This document shows positions 25,801 through 39,028 of a stretch of 64,000 nt of DNA, piece after piece. Each line of letters opens with the position of its first letter. Position 1 is the stretch's first letter. The position numbers were made by a program, and so were the translations under genes. This DNA comes from Amoebidium appalachense (Eukaryota; Protista; Ichthyosporea), in the NCBI GenBank assembly GCA_963693365.1, contig CAVNZM010000003.1, positions 11,939,651-12,003,650 on the forward strand, given 5' to 3'. The notes below the pieces were generated by a model. It was not told the origin of the DNA. It did no database searches and saw only the letters and a program-made list of their open reading frames with translations.

Positions 25801-27200
25801 GTAGCACGAAACTCATCATGCGTTGATAATCAGCGGGTGCATTTTTTAACCAAAAGGCATGGCGACAAATTCAAAGTGACCATCAGGTACTGTGAATGCG
25901 GTAACGGGTGCTGAATCAGGGTGCATCAGCACTTGCCAATATCCCGATCTTGCGTCACATAACGTAAAGACAGATGCTCCGCGTATATCGTCAAGTGAGT
26001 CATCTATGCGGGCCATGTGGTAGAGGGTTTTTAAAGTGATTCGATTGGCCGCCCTCACGTCAAAGCAAAAACGAATTGTGCCATTTTTCTTCTTAACCAA
26101 TACGATTGGGTTCTTATAAAGACTGCGAGATTTGCGTATAACTCCGAGTCCTTTCTCAAGCATATCCTTGACTTCTTTGGATATAACTTGGCGTTCGGTT
26201 TCTGAATAGCGTCGTGTTTTGCATGACATCGGTTTTGAATTTGTGAGGGTGATGTAGTGGTAGTGATTGGTGGCTTTGGTCATCGAGCCAATCACATCGC
26301 TGTTTGTAAGTTCTTTGTATTTTTGTAAGAGAGCGAGCATGCAATCTTGTTGATCGGGGGATAAATGCGATAAGTGGGTATCCCGTAGTTCTTCGATGTC
26401 TTTTTCAGTCATTGTTTTTGAAGGTTCAGGAGCAACACTATCATAAATGCCCTCATAACCAAAAGTTTGATTATAAGTGGGATCATGCGATTTGGCAGCC
26501 GGAGGGGGCTGGGGGGGGGTTCTTCAGAATCCGCTATGCGTGCACGTTTGTTGTGGGGTTGCAGGGCAGCCACCAAGTGCGGTGCTTGGGCGGCGGAACG
26601 TGCACGTGTAGAGTGAGATAAAGCAGCTTGGTGTGCATATATCTCTTGCACCAGCGTGTTTTCCATATTGTTTTTGAGTTATGGGGGTCTATCGTAATTT
26701 CGATATCTGGGCACGGAGCAATGTATGCAATATGTCCGACAGTGCACACGGCAATAACCAAGGTTTTGTGTAACTTGATGGGGTGATTGGTTAAGTTCAT
26801 CACGTGCAAGTAACATTTCTAGTCGGGGAGTGAATCATCTAGGTGGTACCCAACGTCAAGACCATCCAATTTGCACAAGTGTTTGGGGTCTTTACTTGGG
26901 GAAATTTCAACAAGTTCGTAAAAGTGCTGTTTTTGTTAGCCTGGGATATAGCAGGGGATATCATATGCTGTGTGAGGTGGAATTAAAAAAAAATTATCAG
27001 CACTTAAAAAAAATTATCAGCACACCGCACATAATACGTGGTTTCTGGTGTGGAGGGCGGAAGGGGATTTTGATTGGCGGCCGAGATAGCGGCCAAAATC
27101 GCTTGAGCAGGGGAGATATAGGCATGAGGGGGTGGCCTACAGTACCACTCGGCGGTACGTGACAAAGGTTTAGCAGAGGGGGGGTGAGAAAAAGAACATC
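22850..27200 (-). mobile_element. Degenerate Ty3/gypsy LTR retrotransposon pol (RT-RNaseH-integrase order) with several frameshifts
   Basis: RT: NPIVLVKKKNGTIRFCFDVR, DARSGYWQV, TAFTVPDGHFEFVAMPFG, VYLDDILIYS (~25745-25775). RNase H: ACDGSTRGLGAVL, YAPTELEALA, TDHSAL, RLARWALQL. Integrase zinc finger HDSVLGGHLG...CTTC, core NGLVEKAN, and GPY motif WQGPYR. Boundaries approximate. Confidence 0.9.
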
Positions 27201-28440
27201 AGCAAACCTACCCCCGTTACTTTGGGTGACATTGGTATACAAACGGTTATCCATGACACAATGGTATACACGCTGGTAACCTTGTATACACGATATTATA
27301 CACAATACGTCACCTCAATGCTATCCCTGTACAATATGATAACGTCGTGATAGCGTGTTGGTAACATCATGGCAGTGGTACATTCCTGTATAACTGCTTA
27401 GGTTATACATTGTGTTACCCAGATGTTACCAAAGGTGACACAGTGTCCATGTTAACATTGTGTCTACCATAGTGTACAACATACTGTATAATTATGTGTA
27501 TACTATATCTGTACCAATTGTAACATATAGGCGAGGGTAACAATATGGTGACATTAAGGCATACGGGGGTACCAATCCCGATATACCAACCCTATAGCAT
27601 ACTTGTATCTTATAAGATAGCAATTGCAATATTCTGCGTATTTTTGGGCATCCGTTTGTAACCCTTGTGGTATCCCCCGGATTGAGTCAGGGGGGTAAAA
27701 ACGGGGGACAGCAGTTTGTGTGAAAAAGTTGAACTTTTACACCAATTTTATGCCAATCAGGACATACCGAGAGTACTACATGTCAGAGGGTTAGGTCTAG
27801 GGTGAGGCGCCAGGATAATACAAATGTTACACAGTATGCTACACGGGGATAGCTGTGGTAACATTAGATAACATTTGGGTAACATCGTGTATGTCAAAGG
27901 CTAAATATTTGGCGTACGCACTTGTGTACATGCTGATACCTAGTAGTGGCAGTGATAACAATAGAGATACCATTTGGGGTTCTTTATTGTATACCACTTT
28001 TTTATCCTTTTTGTTATCAATGCCCGTGTGGTACCACTCTACGGCGAGGGTAACAACCTGGTACCCTACATGTATTCTCACGGATATTTACATGTATACC
28101 ACTCTGCTACCAATCTATTGTCCTTTGTGTTATCCCTGCCATGGTGGTACCACTCAGTGGCGAGGGTAACAACAAGGGTAACAACAGGGTACCCCATTTG
28201 TGTCACATATATACCAAAATGCTGTCCACTGTGGTATACTCGCCACCCTGCCATCATTGGTACCACTCAGTGGCAAGGGTAACAACAAGGGTAACAACAA
28301 GGTACCCCATTTGTGTCACATATATACCAAAATGCTGTCCACTGTGGTATACTCGCCATGGTTTTACAATAACGATAACCCTGATATATATTAAGACAAC
28401 AATGATACATCAACTGTCACGCACTGTGACAGTCCTCGGG
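27200..28440. repeat. Degenerate tandem repeat (~113-116 bp unit at its right end) built from GGTAAC/GTTACC/GGTACC words
   Basis: GGTACCACTC at ~28030, 28146 and 28259. Near-identical unit AGGGTAACAACAAGGGTAACAACA...CCCATTTGTGTCACATATATACCAAAATGCTGTCCACTGTGGTATACTCGCCA occurs twice. Confidence 0.7.
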
Positions 28441-29774
28441 TGACCCCTTTTTTCCGCCTTTGGTGAGTGTGTGTGTTACGGTGTGTGTTTGAAATGGGGG
28501 GGGGGGGGGGGGGGGGGAAGGAGGGGGGGGGGGGGGGGTGCGAGTGTGCGTGTGTCACGCTCCAAGTGCGTGTGCGTGTGCGTGTGTGTGTTTGTGTGTG
28601 GGTGCGCGTGTGTGCGTGTGTGTGTGCGCGTGCGCGCGTGTGTGTGTGTGTGTTCGGGTGCGCGCGCGTGTGTGTATCTGTGCGGGGGGGTGTTAGGGGG
28701 GGGGGGGGGGGGGAAGGGGGGGGGGGGGGGAAGGGGGGGGGAGGGGTGGCGGAGGGCTAGGTGGGTATGCACGGAAAGAAGGCCACGATGATAGGGAGGA
28801 TTATCGAGGTGTATGCCTGCCTGGAGATGGCCTTGCAGAGGGCTGACACAAGAAGTGACTACCTGCACTGGGTTTCCCGATGCGCTTTTATTACACTCGC
28901 GTTTGAACACGCAGATGCACATAAGTTTTTTGAACTGTTCTCACAACATCATTTACATGCATCTACTTTGGCATCACCATTTCTTTGGCAAGTATGGAAT
29001 CTGAACTATGACGTTGGATACGTTACATGCATCTCCTAAGTGTTTAGGTGCCAGGTACAAAAATGAAATAAATAAAAAAAGGATGCATGCTGAACAACCT
29101 GTTAGCCATGCCTTTCTGAATCACTGCTACTCATTAAGCTTGCAACTGCTTGCTTCATCATTTCCCTCAAAACACTCTTGTTGGCATCGAACGTAGTGCC
29201 CCTGATAGGGGCCGCCGTTTCTTCTTCATCGCTGATGACAAAGCCTCACTGGTGTTGGGATAAGTGTCCTGCCTACAAGATGGGTGTTAGGGTTCTGTAT
29301 GCGCAGTTTATCCCCGCAAAGCGGTGTCTGTTTCGTGCGCGTCATTGTACGTACACCTGTGAATAGGTGGAAGTAGGAAGAGAATACTAGCCACTACTAT
29401 TCCTCCCTACCACCTACTGAGGCGGTGTCTCCTTTTTCCTTCCCTTTTTTTCTTTTTTTTTTTTTTTTTTTTGCAAAGCCGCAAAGCCGCCACAGGTAGA
29501 TGTATAACGTCGCATGTGCGGCAACACGTCAGTACGTGTTAGTATTCCTCCTGTTCTCTGCTATACTACCAGTAGTACTAGTAGTGTTGTACGTATGGCT
29601 CCGAAGCGCGGCCGTGCAGTACAGTTTTGCGCAAAATCCATAGCAAATACATGATCCCATTGGTCGCAAATCACATAGGTATTTGGATACATATGTCGCC
29701 ATTTTGGACAACCGCCGGCTAAGGGGAACACCCAAGCAAACGGTAACATCAACATCCCACCCAAATACGAGAGG

Positions 29775-30311
29775 GTGTATTTCAAAGTCAAGCACGGCAG
29801 ACGCCCACACAGGGCCATGTGGTCCATCTTCAAGGCTCTCGGCTTCCGGTGCTCTCGCATCCTTTGTCTGTCCTTCATTGGATACGATGTGCTGGAAGTA
29901 GCAGTACGGGGCGACTATAACCGTGCGTTCATCCGTGACGCGACAAAGGGGTGTGGAAGCTTCTTCACCCACCTCCCAAGCTACGACCCATGCGCGCCGG
30001 AAAACATTCAGAAAGCAGACAAAGAACGTAAAGTGTCTGCTAAGAATGCGTGCGCCACACGTTGTCGTGTACGCATCAGCAAGGCAAAAGAGTTCCTCGC
30101 AAAGTTGGAAAACGATGCTACGAGCGTGATAGACACGGACACGAAGGAACCAATGTTTTCTGGTGAGAAACTGCTCGAGCGCAAACGCCGATGCGAGATG
30201 GAAATCGAGCTCTTCTGCGAACTGTTCGCGCTGGCGGAAGGTCGTGCATACGACCCCGTAAGCGACAAGTGGGAACCAACCCCACAGGTGTCGGACCAAA
30301 CCGATGCCTAA
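29775..30311 (+). CDS. LINE ORF1 (true start uncertain)
   Basis: Lies directly upstream of, and overlaps, the APE-RT ORF. RVYFKV...IFKALGFRCSRILCLSFIGYDVLEVAVRGDY resembles ORF1s of fungal-type LINEs as I recall them. Confidence 0.55.
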   Translation: MYFKVKHGRRPHRAMWSIFKALGFRCSRILCLSFIGYDVLEVAVRGDYNRAFIRDATKGCGSFFTHLPSYDPCAPENIQKADKERKVSAKNACATRCRVRISKAKEFLAKLENDATSVIDTDTKEPMFSGEKLLERKRRCEMEIELFCELFALAEGRAYDPVSDKWEPTPQVSDQTDA

Positions 30312-33300
30312 TTTATCCTTCTTCTTCTGGAATGCTCGGACACTGGGCCCCCAAAAGGGCCTCCCCCCCGGGACACTCGACGATAAAATCAGCTACATAC
30401 AACAACAGACAAACAACCACACGTTTACAGTGATTTGCGAAACACAGTTTAAAAACCACCACAAATTCAACTCTACATTGGTCGACACATCCACACACCC
30501 CGGTTACGCGAAAAACCGAGGCATTATTGTACTTGCCGCACCACACGTGAGAGTGAAGTGCAAACCGGTAGCAAAAACGGAATTCTCGGTTTCTATAGAG
30601 TTTCTTTCTAATGTTTTTACTTTTGTATATTACCCACCATCTATGTCGGTTGTCGAATTGACTCACGAGTTGTCACAGTTACCAATGTCCACTGTTATTT
30701 TAGGTGATTTTAACACGCGACTCCACCACACAGACACACTGCAAGTGAGTGTCGGGTACCCATCTAAGCCCCCGGAGCGTGCTATCCCTTTAGCAAGGTA
30801 TGTCCAAAGTCACACTTTGCGGTTCCCTCAAATATCCCATGCCCACAACAACGACTGGGGAGTGGCCTTTTGGCCATCAACCATGTCAAAACTCTCTCTC
30901 CCTCCTAACCTCTCTAGGTCATCTGACCACTCTCCTATCCTTTTCCTACCTAAGATCTCCCTTGATCTGCTCCCCCCTCCCCCTCCCACCTTTCGCCTCC
31001 GTCTATCCCAGCTTAAGTCACAGTGGGGTAGAGTTGATGTATGTGTATGCTATGCTACGAAACACCCTATATATATGCGCCTATTAGAATCTGCACAAGC
31101 CAGGCCAGATTCACATCTCGTACTAGATACATGCACTAACTTTATTGTTGATGATTTGATAGATCTCGGTGATTATGCTGGCGGTGGTAGGAAGGAATAT
31201 CCCGATGCTCTCTTGTTACCAAACACCACTCCCGCTAGACTAGGTGAACCCCTGTCTCAAAAGGAAAGCTTGCGCCGGCTTGCTAGTATGAATCGATTTG
31301 GCCCCCCTGCTCGTATTATTGGTGATACCACTGGAGACCCCCTCATAGACTCTGATAAGTATTTCTCGGAACTGTTTAAAGATAGGACCCCCGCTCAGAA
31401 ACCTATTGTGTGGCCTGTAGACCCATCTATCCCCATAGAATCGATCCTCCCCTTTTTCAGTCCCGATGCCATATGGTCTGTGATATCTAGTTATAGCTCT
31501 AGTAAGTCTTGTGGACCTGATGGACTCCCTGCTGGGTTTCTTAAAATCCTTGTTCCCTCCTACCCACAAAAGGAAAGTGATCGTGCTATTAAACCTGATC
31601 TTACTATCATGTTAAGCTCTCTCTTTTCTTGGTGTGTTAAATGTGGACATGTCCCGTCATCTTGGTTAGATACCTTAGTGATCCCCATAGTTAAGAAGGA
31701 CTCTGAGGGCCCCATATCATCCTTTCGCCCCATTACACTAACCCAGGTTGTTCGTAGATTCTTTGAAGCTTGCTTACTTAGGTTATTTGCACCGTGACAT
31801 CACCCTAGGTTTCAATCTATTCTTCACATACACCCATGCCAATCCGCTTTTCGTAAAAACAATTCATGTTATGTTCAAATAATGGCACTGCACGATTCTA
31901 TGCAAGTTGGTGCACAATATGTTGGCTTTATTGATTGGAAAACTGCTTACGATTCTGTCTCCCCTGGTCTCCTATGGGAAAAGCTTGCTGCACGGGGTGT
32001 ACCACACTGCATTGGTGTTCTGTTAGAAGCACTCTTGTCTCAAACCTATGGTAGAGCTGTGGTTAATGGGCATCTTTCATATGGTTTTGCTCGTACTAGA
32101 GGTCTCTTGCAGGGTTCATTGCTTAGCCCCTTTTTGTTTAACCTATTTATAGATGATTTGGCTGTCAAGATTTACGCCGAAAACGATGACCCTATTAATA
32201 ACTTTCCGCCTGCACTTCTCTATGCTGATGATCTGTCCCTCCTTGCCCGTACCCCTAGACGCCTGCAAAGATTGTTCGATGTAGTGTCAGAGTGGTGCAA
32301 GGCAAACCTTATGATCCTTAACATAGACAAATGTGGTGTTCTTGTACCTGATATAGCTAACAATTTACACACATTTACATTATCATCTAAACCTGTACCT
32401 ATAGTTCCAGAATACAAATATCTTGGTGTTCCGGTTGATTCTGTTGGTGTTATGTTTCCCCATATGGTCGAAAAGAGGGTAGAGTTGGCTCGTAAGCGGT
32501 TAGCTTTCTTCTCGGCTAATATTTTTAAAGACACACCCCTCCATCCTTCTATTAGACTTACATTTATTCGCACTTTTGTCTTCCCGGCATGTGAATATGG
32601 TTTACCCCTTCTCGCCGCTTGGATCAAGAAAGAGAGAACTAGAGCGCTTAAACCCTTGGCAAATTTCCTTGAAGCAGAAGTTGCCTCCTTTCTATCTAAC
32701 AACTGTTGTAAACCTGGGCCTGTAACGCTCTCGATATATGGTCTGGTCCCAATAGCTGCTAGAGTATCCTATCTCGCGCTGAAATTCAATAAGCACATAA
32801 GCCGCTTAAAGAAGTATTTGCCCTCCCACCCTCTCTTCTCTATCCGACCTGTCCCCTCCTCACCTCTCCCCTCTTTCCTCCCCTCTCTCTCCCCTTCTCC
32901 CCTGGGCCGGGCACAAATACAAATAAACCCCGCAATAGTGTGTGTGTGACTTTGGACTGCCACTTACTTATTAAACATGTACACAATCACAAGATAATCA
33001 CGCAATATAACAAATGGAAAAAGATACCACACGACACTAGACCCGATGAAAGCATACACCTTGAAAAACTAAGCCTTATGTCTCGTTTTATATATACTGA
33101 CCGCCTCAACCATATTGCCAAATATGGCACTCGCAAGTGTATAACACCTAAATACATATTACCTTCCTGTAGAACTGGTCTTTCTCTAGCTGATGGTATT
33201 ATTGATCAATTACCACGCTTTTACTGTACACGTGCTATACAGTGGAGATCTAATAAGTATAAGGTGGCATCATTTGCATGCCCAAACAACACACACACAC

Positions 33301-33342
33301 ACCAGTTTAACCGGTCATGTATCGCCAAATGTAGTTTGATAG
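30304..33342 (+). pseudogene. LINE ORF2: APE endonuclease plus reverse transcriptase, disrupted
   Basis: APE motifs FWNARTL, ICET, YYPP, ILGDFN, SDHSPI. RT motifs KSCGPDGLP, FRPITL, QSAFR, FIDWKTAYDSV, GLLQGSLLSPFLFNLFIDDL, YADD, YKYLG. In-frame TGA at 31795-31797, frameshift near 32820-32950, then the copia insertion. Confidence 0.9.
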
Positions 33343-34051
33343 TGTTATTTTGTGTGGGTAAACGGAGAAGCAGAGAGCACAGATGGGTGTTATGTAAAAC
33401 ACAACACAAAGACACACGGGAAAAACACAACCGGAGAGGAGGAACGATTTCTGGAACCATAGGAAGTGAATACGACTGCTTATGATTTATTTCAAGATGA
33501 GGTCCCTTTTATACTTGGGAATGTGAAACGATAAACCAATCAAAAGAATGAAAACTATGAGTGTAAAATATATCGAATAAAATGTCTGTCGACATTTAGA
33601 ATATAAAACTCAATCCTCCAATGAAAGAAACTTCTAATAAAAGCACGGAAACATTTAATAAAATGAAACCACTTATGTAACTATTAATTCATAACATATA
33701 TTTATACATGTTCTTATCATAACACGTCTAAATATAATTATTCCTAATAGTTGAAGAACATAGCACAATGCTACGTCGTGGGAAAGAAATGAGAAAGGAA
33801 TGTAAGTTACTATATTTGGGAAAATACAAACGAGATATGATTGGATGACATATATAGATTTTGACGCAAACGACAATACGTGTGCGCGAGCTAAGTATGT
33901 CGATACGTACACAGATCTAAGATGTCGTGTACACGGAAACGGAAAAGAAAGAAAGAAATGAAGAAAGGAAAAAGGAAACAAACTACAACAACTAATAAAT
34001 AAATACCAAACTCAACTTCTAAGTCTTGCTGAGAATTAAGTGAAGATGACA
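33343..34051 (-). repeat. Copia 3' LTR
   Basis: Direct repeat of 39029-39737 with TG..CA ends; preceded on the minus strand by the polypurine tract. Confidence 0.95.
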
Positions 34052-34532
34052 TCCCCACTCAAGGGTTGGAAGTTGGGTTCTCGTGAAGTTTGTTGATGTG
34101 ACTGTTGATGTTAAGACTTTCACACATGTAGAAGTAGGTGCCGTGAAGTCACAGTCAAGTTTCCCCACTCGAGAAGACAATGGAGAAGACTTGAAGGTGC
34201 AAGCCGGGGAAGAAAACCAAAACGGAAGAAGCACACAACGACGGTTGCCTCTGAAGACTCGGAAGATGACGGTAGCCAATGACGTGATATATAAATATAT
34301 ATAGAAGAAACAACTAGTGTATGTGTGACGTGTTGGTGGCTAATGATAAATACATTATATATATGGTGGTATATAAATAAACGACGGATGGTGGAGAAGA
34401 AATCCCCACTGAAGATGCACACACTGAAGATCGATGAAGACAGCAGTAGACTTTCGTTGGGAGGTGTCTCTACACGGTGATGTGTAGACCACTGGCCAGG
34501 GCCCCAACCTACTTGAAGACCACTGTAGATGA

Positions 34533-34581
<49 letters not shown>

Positions 34582-34582
34582 C

Positions 34583-37500
34583 TCAGTCACGAAGACTGAG
34601 TGAATCACGGTGCTGCTCGTGGGAGGGCCCGGGCAGGGGCTTGGTGAAGATGTCAGCCACGTTGTCTTTGCTGGACACGTAGGTGACGACCACATCCCCA
34701 CTCTTGATGTAGTCCTTCGTGTTGTGGTAACGGACTGCAATGTGTTTGGTCCGGTGCTTGATGCTGTTGGTGTGCAGGAGGGCAATGGTGGACTGGTTGT
34801 CACAGTAGACGGGGGTGGGGTCGGTCATCGGGTAGCCGAGTTCACGGAGGAGATCACGGTGCCAGATGACGTTTTGAACAGCAGCATTGATGGCCAGAAG
34901 CTCAGCCTCGGTGGTGGATGTTGCCGTGATGGACTGCAGCTTCGAATACCATGTGATGGGTATGCCCTTGAAGAAGATGACGTATCCGGTGGTTGAACGA
35001 CGGGTGTTGGGGCAGTTGGCAAAGTCAGCATCAGAATAACACTCCAGCAAGGGGGTGTTGTCGTCGGAAGCAGACTTGTCGTAGTGAAGGCCGAGGTTGG
35101 AAGTGCCGATGAGGTACCGAACTACACGGAGTAGACATTCCCATGCAAGTTTGGTGGGGTTGGCACTGAATCTACCGAGGTAGCCGATGGCAAAGGAGAT
35201 GTCGGGCCGGGAACAACGAGCAACCCACAAAAGACGGCCGAGTAGTTCACGGTAGGGAACCTTGATGGGTGGTGAGTCGTTCTCGTTGATGGTGATGACG
35301 GTGCCGACGGGAATGGGAGTAGCCTTGGGGTGAGCATCGTTGAGGTTGAAGTCTCTGACGATGTCGTTGATGTAGGATTGCTGAAGCAGCTTGAGGTGAC
35401 CGGGGGTGTGGATGAGCTGGGTGCCAAGGAAGATGTCGGGAAGGTCAACCTTGCAGAGAGCTGACTTCATGATGTGGTCTACTAGATCCTTGGTGTGGGA
35501 GGAGTTGGCCGTGCAGATGATGATGACGTCGTCCACATAGTTGCCAGTGAGGATGATGTCACCGTTGGGGAAGGTCTTGATGTAGACACATGGATCTGAA
35601 CGGAGACGTTCGAGACCGTGAGCAAGGAGGACCTTGTCGAAGTACTCATACCAGGCCAGTGATGCTTGCTTGAGCCCGTAGAGTGCCTTCTTAAGTTTCC
35701 AGACCTTGTGTTCGTTGCCGGGGGTGATGAACTTGAAGCCAGGTGGTGGCTCAATGTAGATGTCTTCTTGAAGAGGACTGTTGAGGAAGGCAGTTGAGAC
35801 GTCGAGTTGATGAATCTCATGGTTGCCGTCCACACCGATGGCAAGGAGGGCACGGACGGAGGAGGACATCACCACGGGGGAAGAGGTGTCACCGTAGTCA
35901 ACACCGTAGACTTGAGTGAAGCCCTTTGCAACACCACGAGCTTTGATCTTGGTGTCACCGGCTGAGTTGAGGACTTTCTCAGTCACAATCCACTTGAACT
36001 TGATGATGTTGGCACCAGGGGGGGATCAACAATGGTGAAGACATCCTTGGTGATGAAGGCTTGGTACTCGGAGGTGAGGGCAGCTATGACGGCATCACCG
36101 TTGGGACCGTTGCAAAGCTTTTGAATGCCCTTGGGGAGCTGGTCAATGTTGATGGTCGGTGCTACGATGCTGACCAGTGCCGTTGGAGTCTTGGTGAGAC
36201 GTGTAGACCGACGAAGGTTGGGCTTGGGGGGGTCCTTGAGGGGGGTGGTGGCCGGGTAGGTGGTGGAGGCCGGGATAGGGGCATGGAAGCCAGGAATAGG
36301 ACCGGTGGTGAGGGGGGCATCGGTGTCCACAGGGCTGCTCGTGGCCGAGTGGAAGGTGGGGGACCCAGGACGAACCGGAGTCATGTAGCCGGGTTGATGC
36401 ACAGCAACGGGGGGGGCCGGCAGCAAGGGTTGTTGGCCAGTGGGGGGGGGGCTCGGGGGAGGCACGGGTTCAACCGGGGCTGGTTGGTTGTGCCAGGACG
36501 GTTGGGAGATGACCACAGACGGAGTTTCATCGTCGTCGTCGGAGGGGGGGTCCAATGTCGGCAGATCGGGTTTGGGGGGAACGGAGACCTGATTGGTGCT
36601 GCCCGTGAATTTCGACTCGTCGAAGATCACATCACGGCAGATCTTGATTTGGTTGCTGGCAAGGTCGAGGATCTTGTGTGCCTTGGAGGGTAGGTCCCAG
36701 CCGACGTAGGTGCCGACTCTGACGGTTGATGCCAGCTTGTTCCTCTTTGACCGGGGAACATGGACATAGGCAGGGGAGCCGAACACGTGGAGCTGGGAGA
36801 CGTCGGGTTTGAAGCCGTGGAAGGCCTCGAAGGGAGTGTTGCCGTTGGCAGCAGATGACGGTGTGACGTTGATGATGTAGCTTGTATGCTTGAGAGCAGC
36901 AACCCACAACTTGGGAGAGAGAGGTTGGTCCTTGTCGGCATGGAGGAAGCAACGGACTGTCTCTTGCAGTTCTCTCATCTTCCGTTCAACAACACCATTG
37001 TGTTGTGGTGTGTCGACGGGGGCAAACTCCATGATGATGCCCTTCTGCTTGCAGTAGGCCTCGGTGTCCTTGGAGGTGAATTCAGAGCCGGAGTCAAACC
37101 GAAGATGGGTGACGATCTCAGGTGTCTGACGTTCGATGGTTTCAACGAGAGACTGAATGTGGCTGAGGGTTTCACCACGGTTGTAAAGGGGGAACACGGT
37201 GGTGTAACCGGTGGCATCACAAACACACACCAGAGCAACCTTGTAGCCTCCGTAGGAAGCACAGGGAGCTTCGAAGACGTCCAGGTGCCACTTAGCACCG
37301 GGAATGGTGAACTTGGAACGGGTGCCGGGAAAGGGGGCCTTGGTGGTCTTGCCAGACATGCAGCCGAAGCAGTCACTGTTGTCGGGTGACTTGAGGGAGG
37401 GGGGCATGCCGATGACAAGCTCATCCTTGGCCATCCTGGTGACGGTGGAGAGGGCACGGTGGCCGAGACGGTTGTGCCAAAGGGTGAGGTCGTCGGGTGG

Positions 37501-38952
37501 TTGAGTCCTTGCTGTGTAGGCTTGGACCCCCGGGTGTTTAGGAGTCTCAATCACATAGTCAGTGATGTAGTAGAGACCGTCGAGGGGGGTGAGATCTGTA
37601 ATAATGTCACCATTACGGCTGTAGAGGAACGACGGGTGGTTGTCTGTATCGTCACAATGACCTAGGAGGCCGGCAGCTGATGCCATGGAGGTAGACACGA
37701 GGAAAGACGGTGCCTCGGGTACGTAGTAAGCATTGATGCTGCACGGTGTTGGGTGGCCGTTGTAGTGCAGTGTTATGTTGATGATGCCACGTTGTTTGGC
37801 ATTGACTGTGCCGAGGCCGTGAATGGGGGTGGGAGGACACGGGGTAAGGGAGGAGAAATACTCCTTGATGGGGCAGATGTGTGCATTACAAGCACTGTCC
37901 CAGACGGGGTCGTTACTGTCAGGTGTGCCGGTGGAGGAGATGAGTGCAAATTTCACACTCTTGTCACCTTTCTCCTGCTTGGCACGACGAGCAACTGTGC
38001 AGCCAGGCTCCGGGCATGCTGTGATGTGGTGGGGCTCATGGCAGTAGGAACACTTCACACTGTTGGTGTTGTGCTGTCGGTTACGGTTGTCCCTGTTACC
38101 ACGGTGGTAAGGGGAAGTTGAACGGGGGCCGGGTGACTTGGAGGGAGGACGAGGATCACGGGAACGGGACGGGGAACGGTGAGGTGTATGCTCACGTCGA
38201 GGAATACGGTTACGGAGGTCACCGGGGGGAAGCACTCTGCTCTGGAGTGCACGGAGGGGACGGTTGTTGACGGTTGCACCTGTGCCTGCGTCGATGAGGC
38301 CGGCACGGATTTCAGCTCCTCGGATGTCACTGATGAGCATGTTGAAGGACGGGTAGGCCTTGTTGTTCATCCAGTAGTCGGAGCAGAGACGTTCAATGTC
38401 GGGGCAGACCAGGGCTGTGTTCTTCCGGATGTGGAGGAAGAACTTACGTACGACATCCTTGTGCTGGACGGGTTCGTCGAGGCAGGCAAGTGTCGTAGCC
38501 AGACGTTGGAGACGGGTGAGGTATGCTGTGACGTTGGGGTAGTCTCGTAGTTCAAGCTCCTCGAAGGTGACTTGAATCTGGGTGACTCGGGCCTCCTTCT
38601 CTGCTACATACGCCATACGTAGGTTGTGGAAGACTTCACCACCGTGGACACCGTCTTGCATCCGGCCGGAGTCGTAGAGCTCGGTCGGGTGGACGGACTG
38701 GTTGAGGATCTGGTCGAGGACGTCGGAAGCTTTCTTGTAGGAGTCCTTGGTGGTGTAGCCTAGCCACTGGTTGGCTTCAGCGCCGTCAACCCACTGTGGC
38801 CTCTTGATAGCGTCAACGAATTTCTCGGCAATGGTGGTTCTAATGAACCGGTGAATGAGTGGCTCCCACTCGAAATAATTAAGACGTTTCTCGTCTCGTT
38901 TCTCGGACGGATTCCATATTGGAAGGTTGATATACGACGGTTTGTCAGTCAT
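34583..38952 (-). CDS. Copia gag-pol polyprotein (gag, CCHC knuckle, protease, integrase, RT, RNase H) with one frame break in a G7 run at 36018-36024
   Basis: Zinc knuckle CSYCHEPHHITAC; protease VWDSACNAH; GAG-pre-integrase WHNRLGH...CFGC; integrase RFDSGSEF...PQHNGVVER; RT KARGVAKGFTQ, QLDVSTAFL, KALYGLKQ, YVDD; RNase H YSDADFA, STTEAE, RTKHI, ADIFTK. One extra C restores DPPPGANIIKFKWIVTEK. Confidence 0.95.
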
Positions 38953-39028
38953 GATTGAAGCAGTAAGACTGAGAGATTTTCGCGGTTGTAGCGAGATTGT
39001 GTGTTAGCGTGCAAAGGGGCCGTAAACC

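Noticed and set aside
28760-29040. SAP-like peptide MHGKKATMIGRIIE in ORF 28761-29039
   Set aside because: Too short and no supportable gene model; may be an exon or transposon fragment.
31795-31797. In-frame TGA in the LINE RT as readthrough or selenocysteine
   Set aside because: The same copy has a downstream frameshift and a copia insertion, so a nonsense mutation in a dead copy is the simpler explanation.
34083-34304. Antisense 73-aa ORF in the copia 3' region as an extra gene
   Set aside because: GTG start, short and without recognisable motifs.
36015-36027. Programmed frameshift in copia pol
   Set aside because: The break lies at the start of RT in a 7-nt homopolymer, not at a gag-pol boundary; a homopolymer error or simple indel is more likely.
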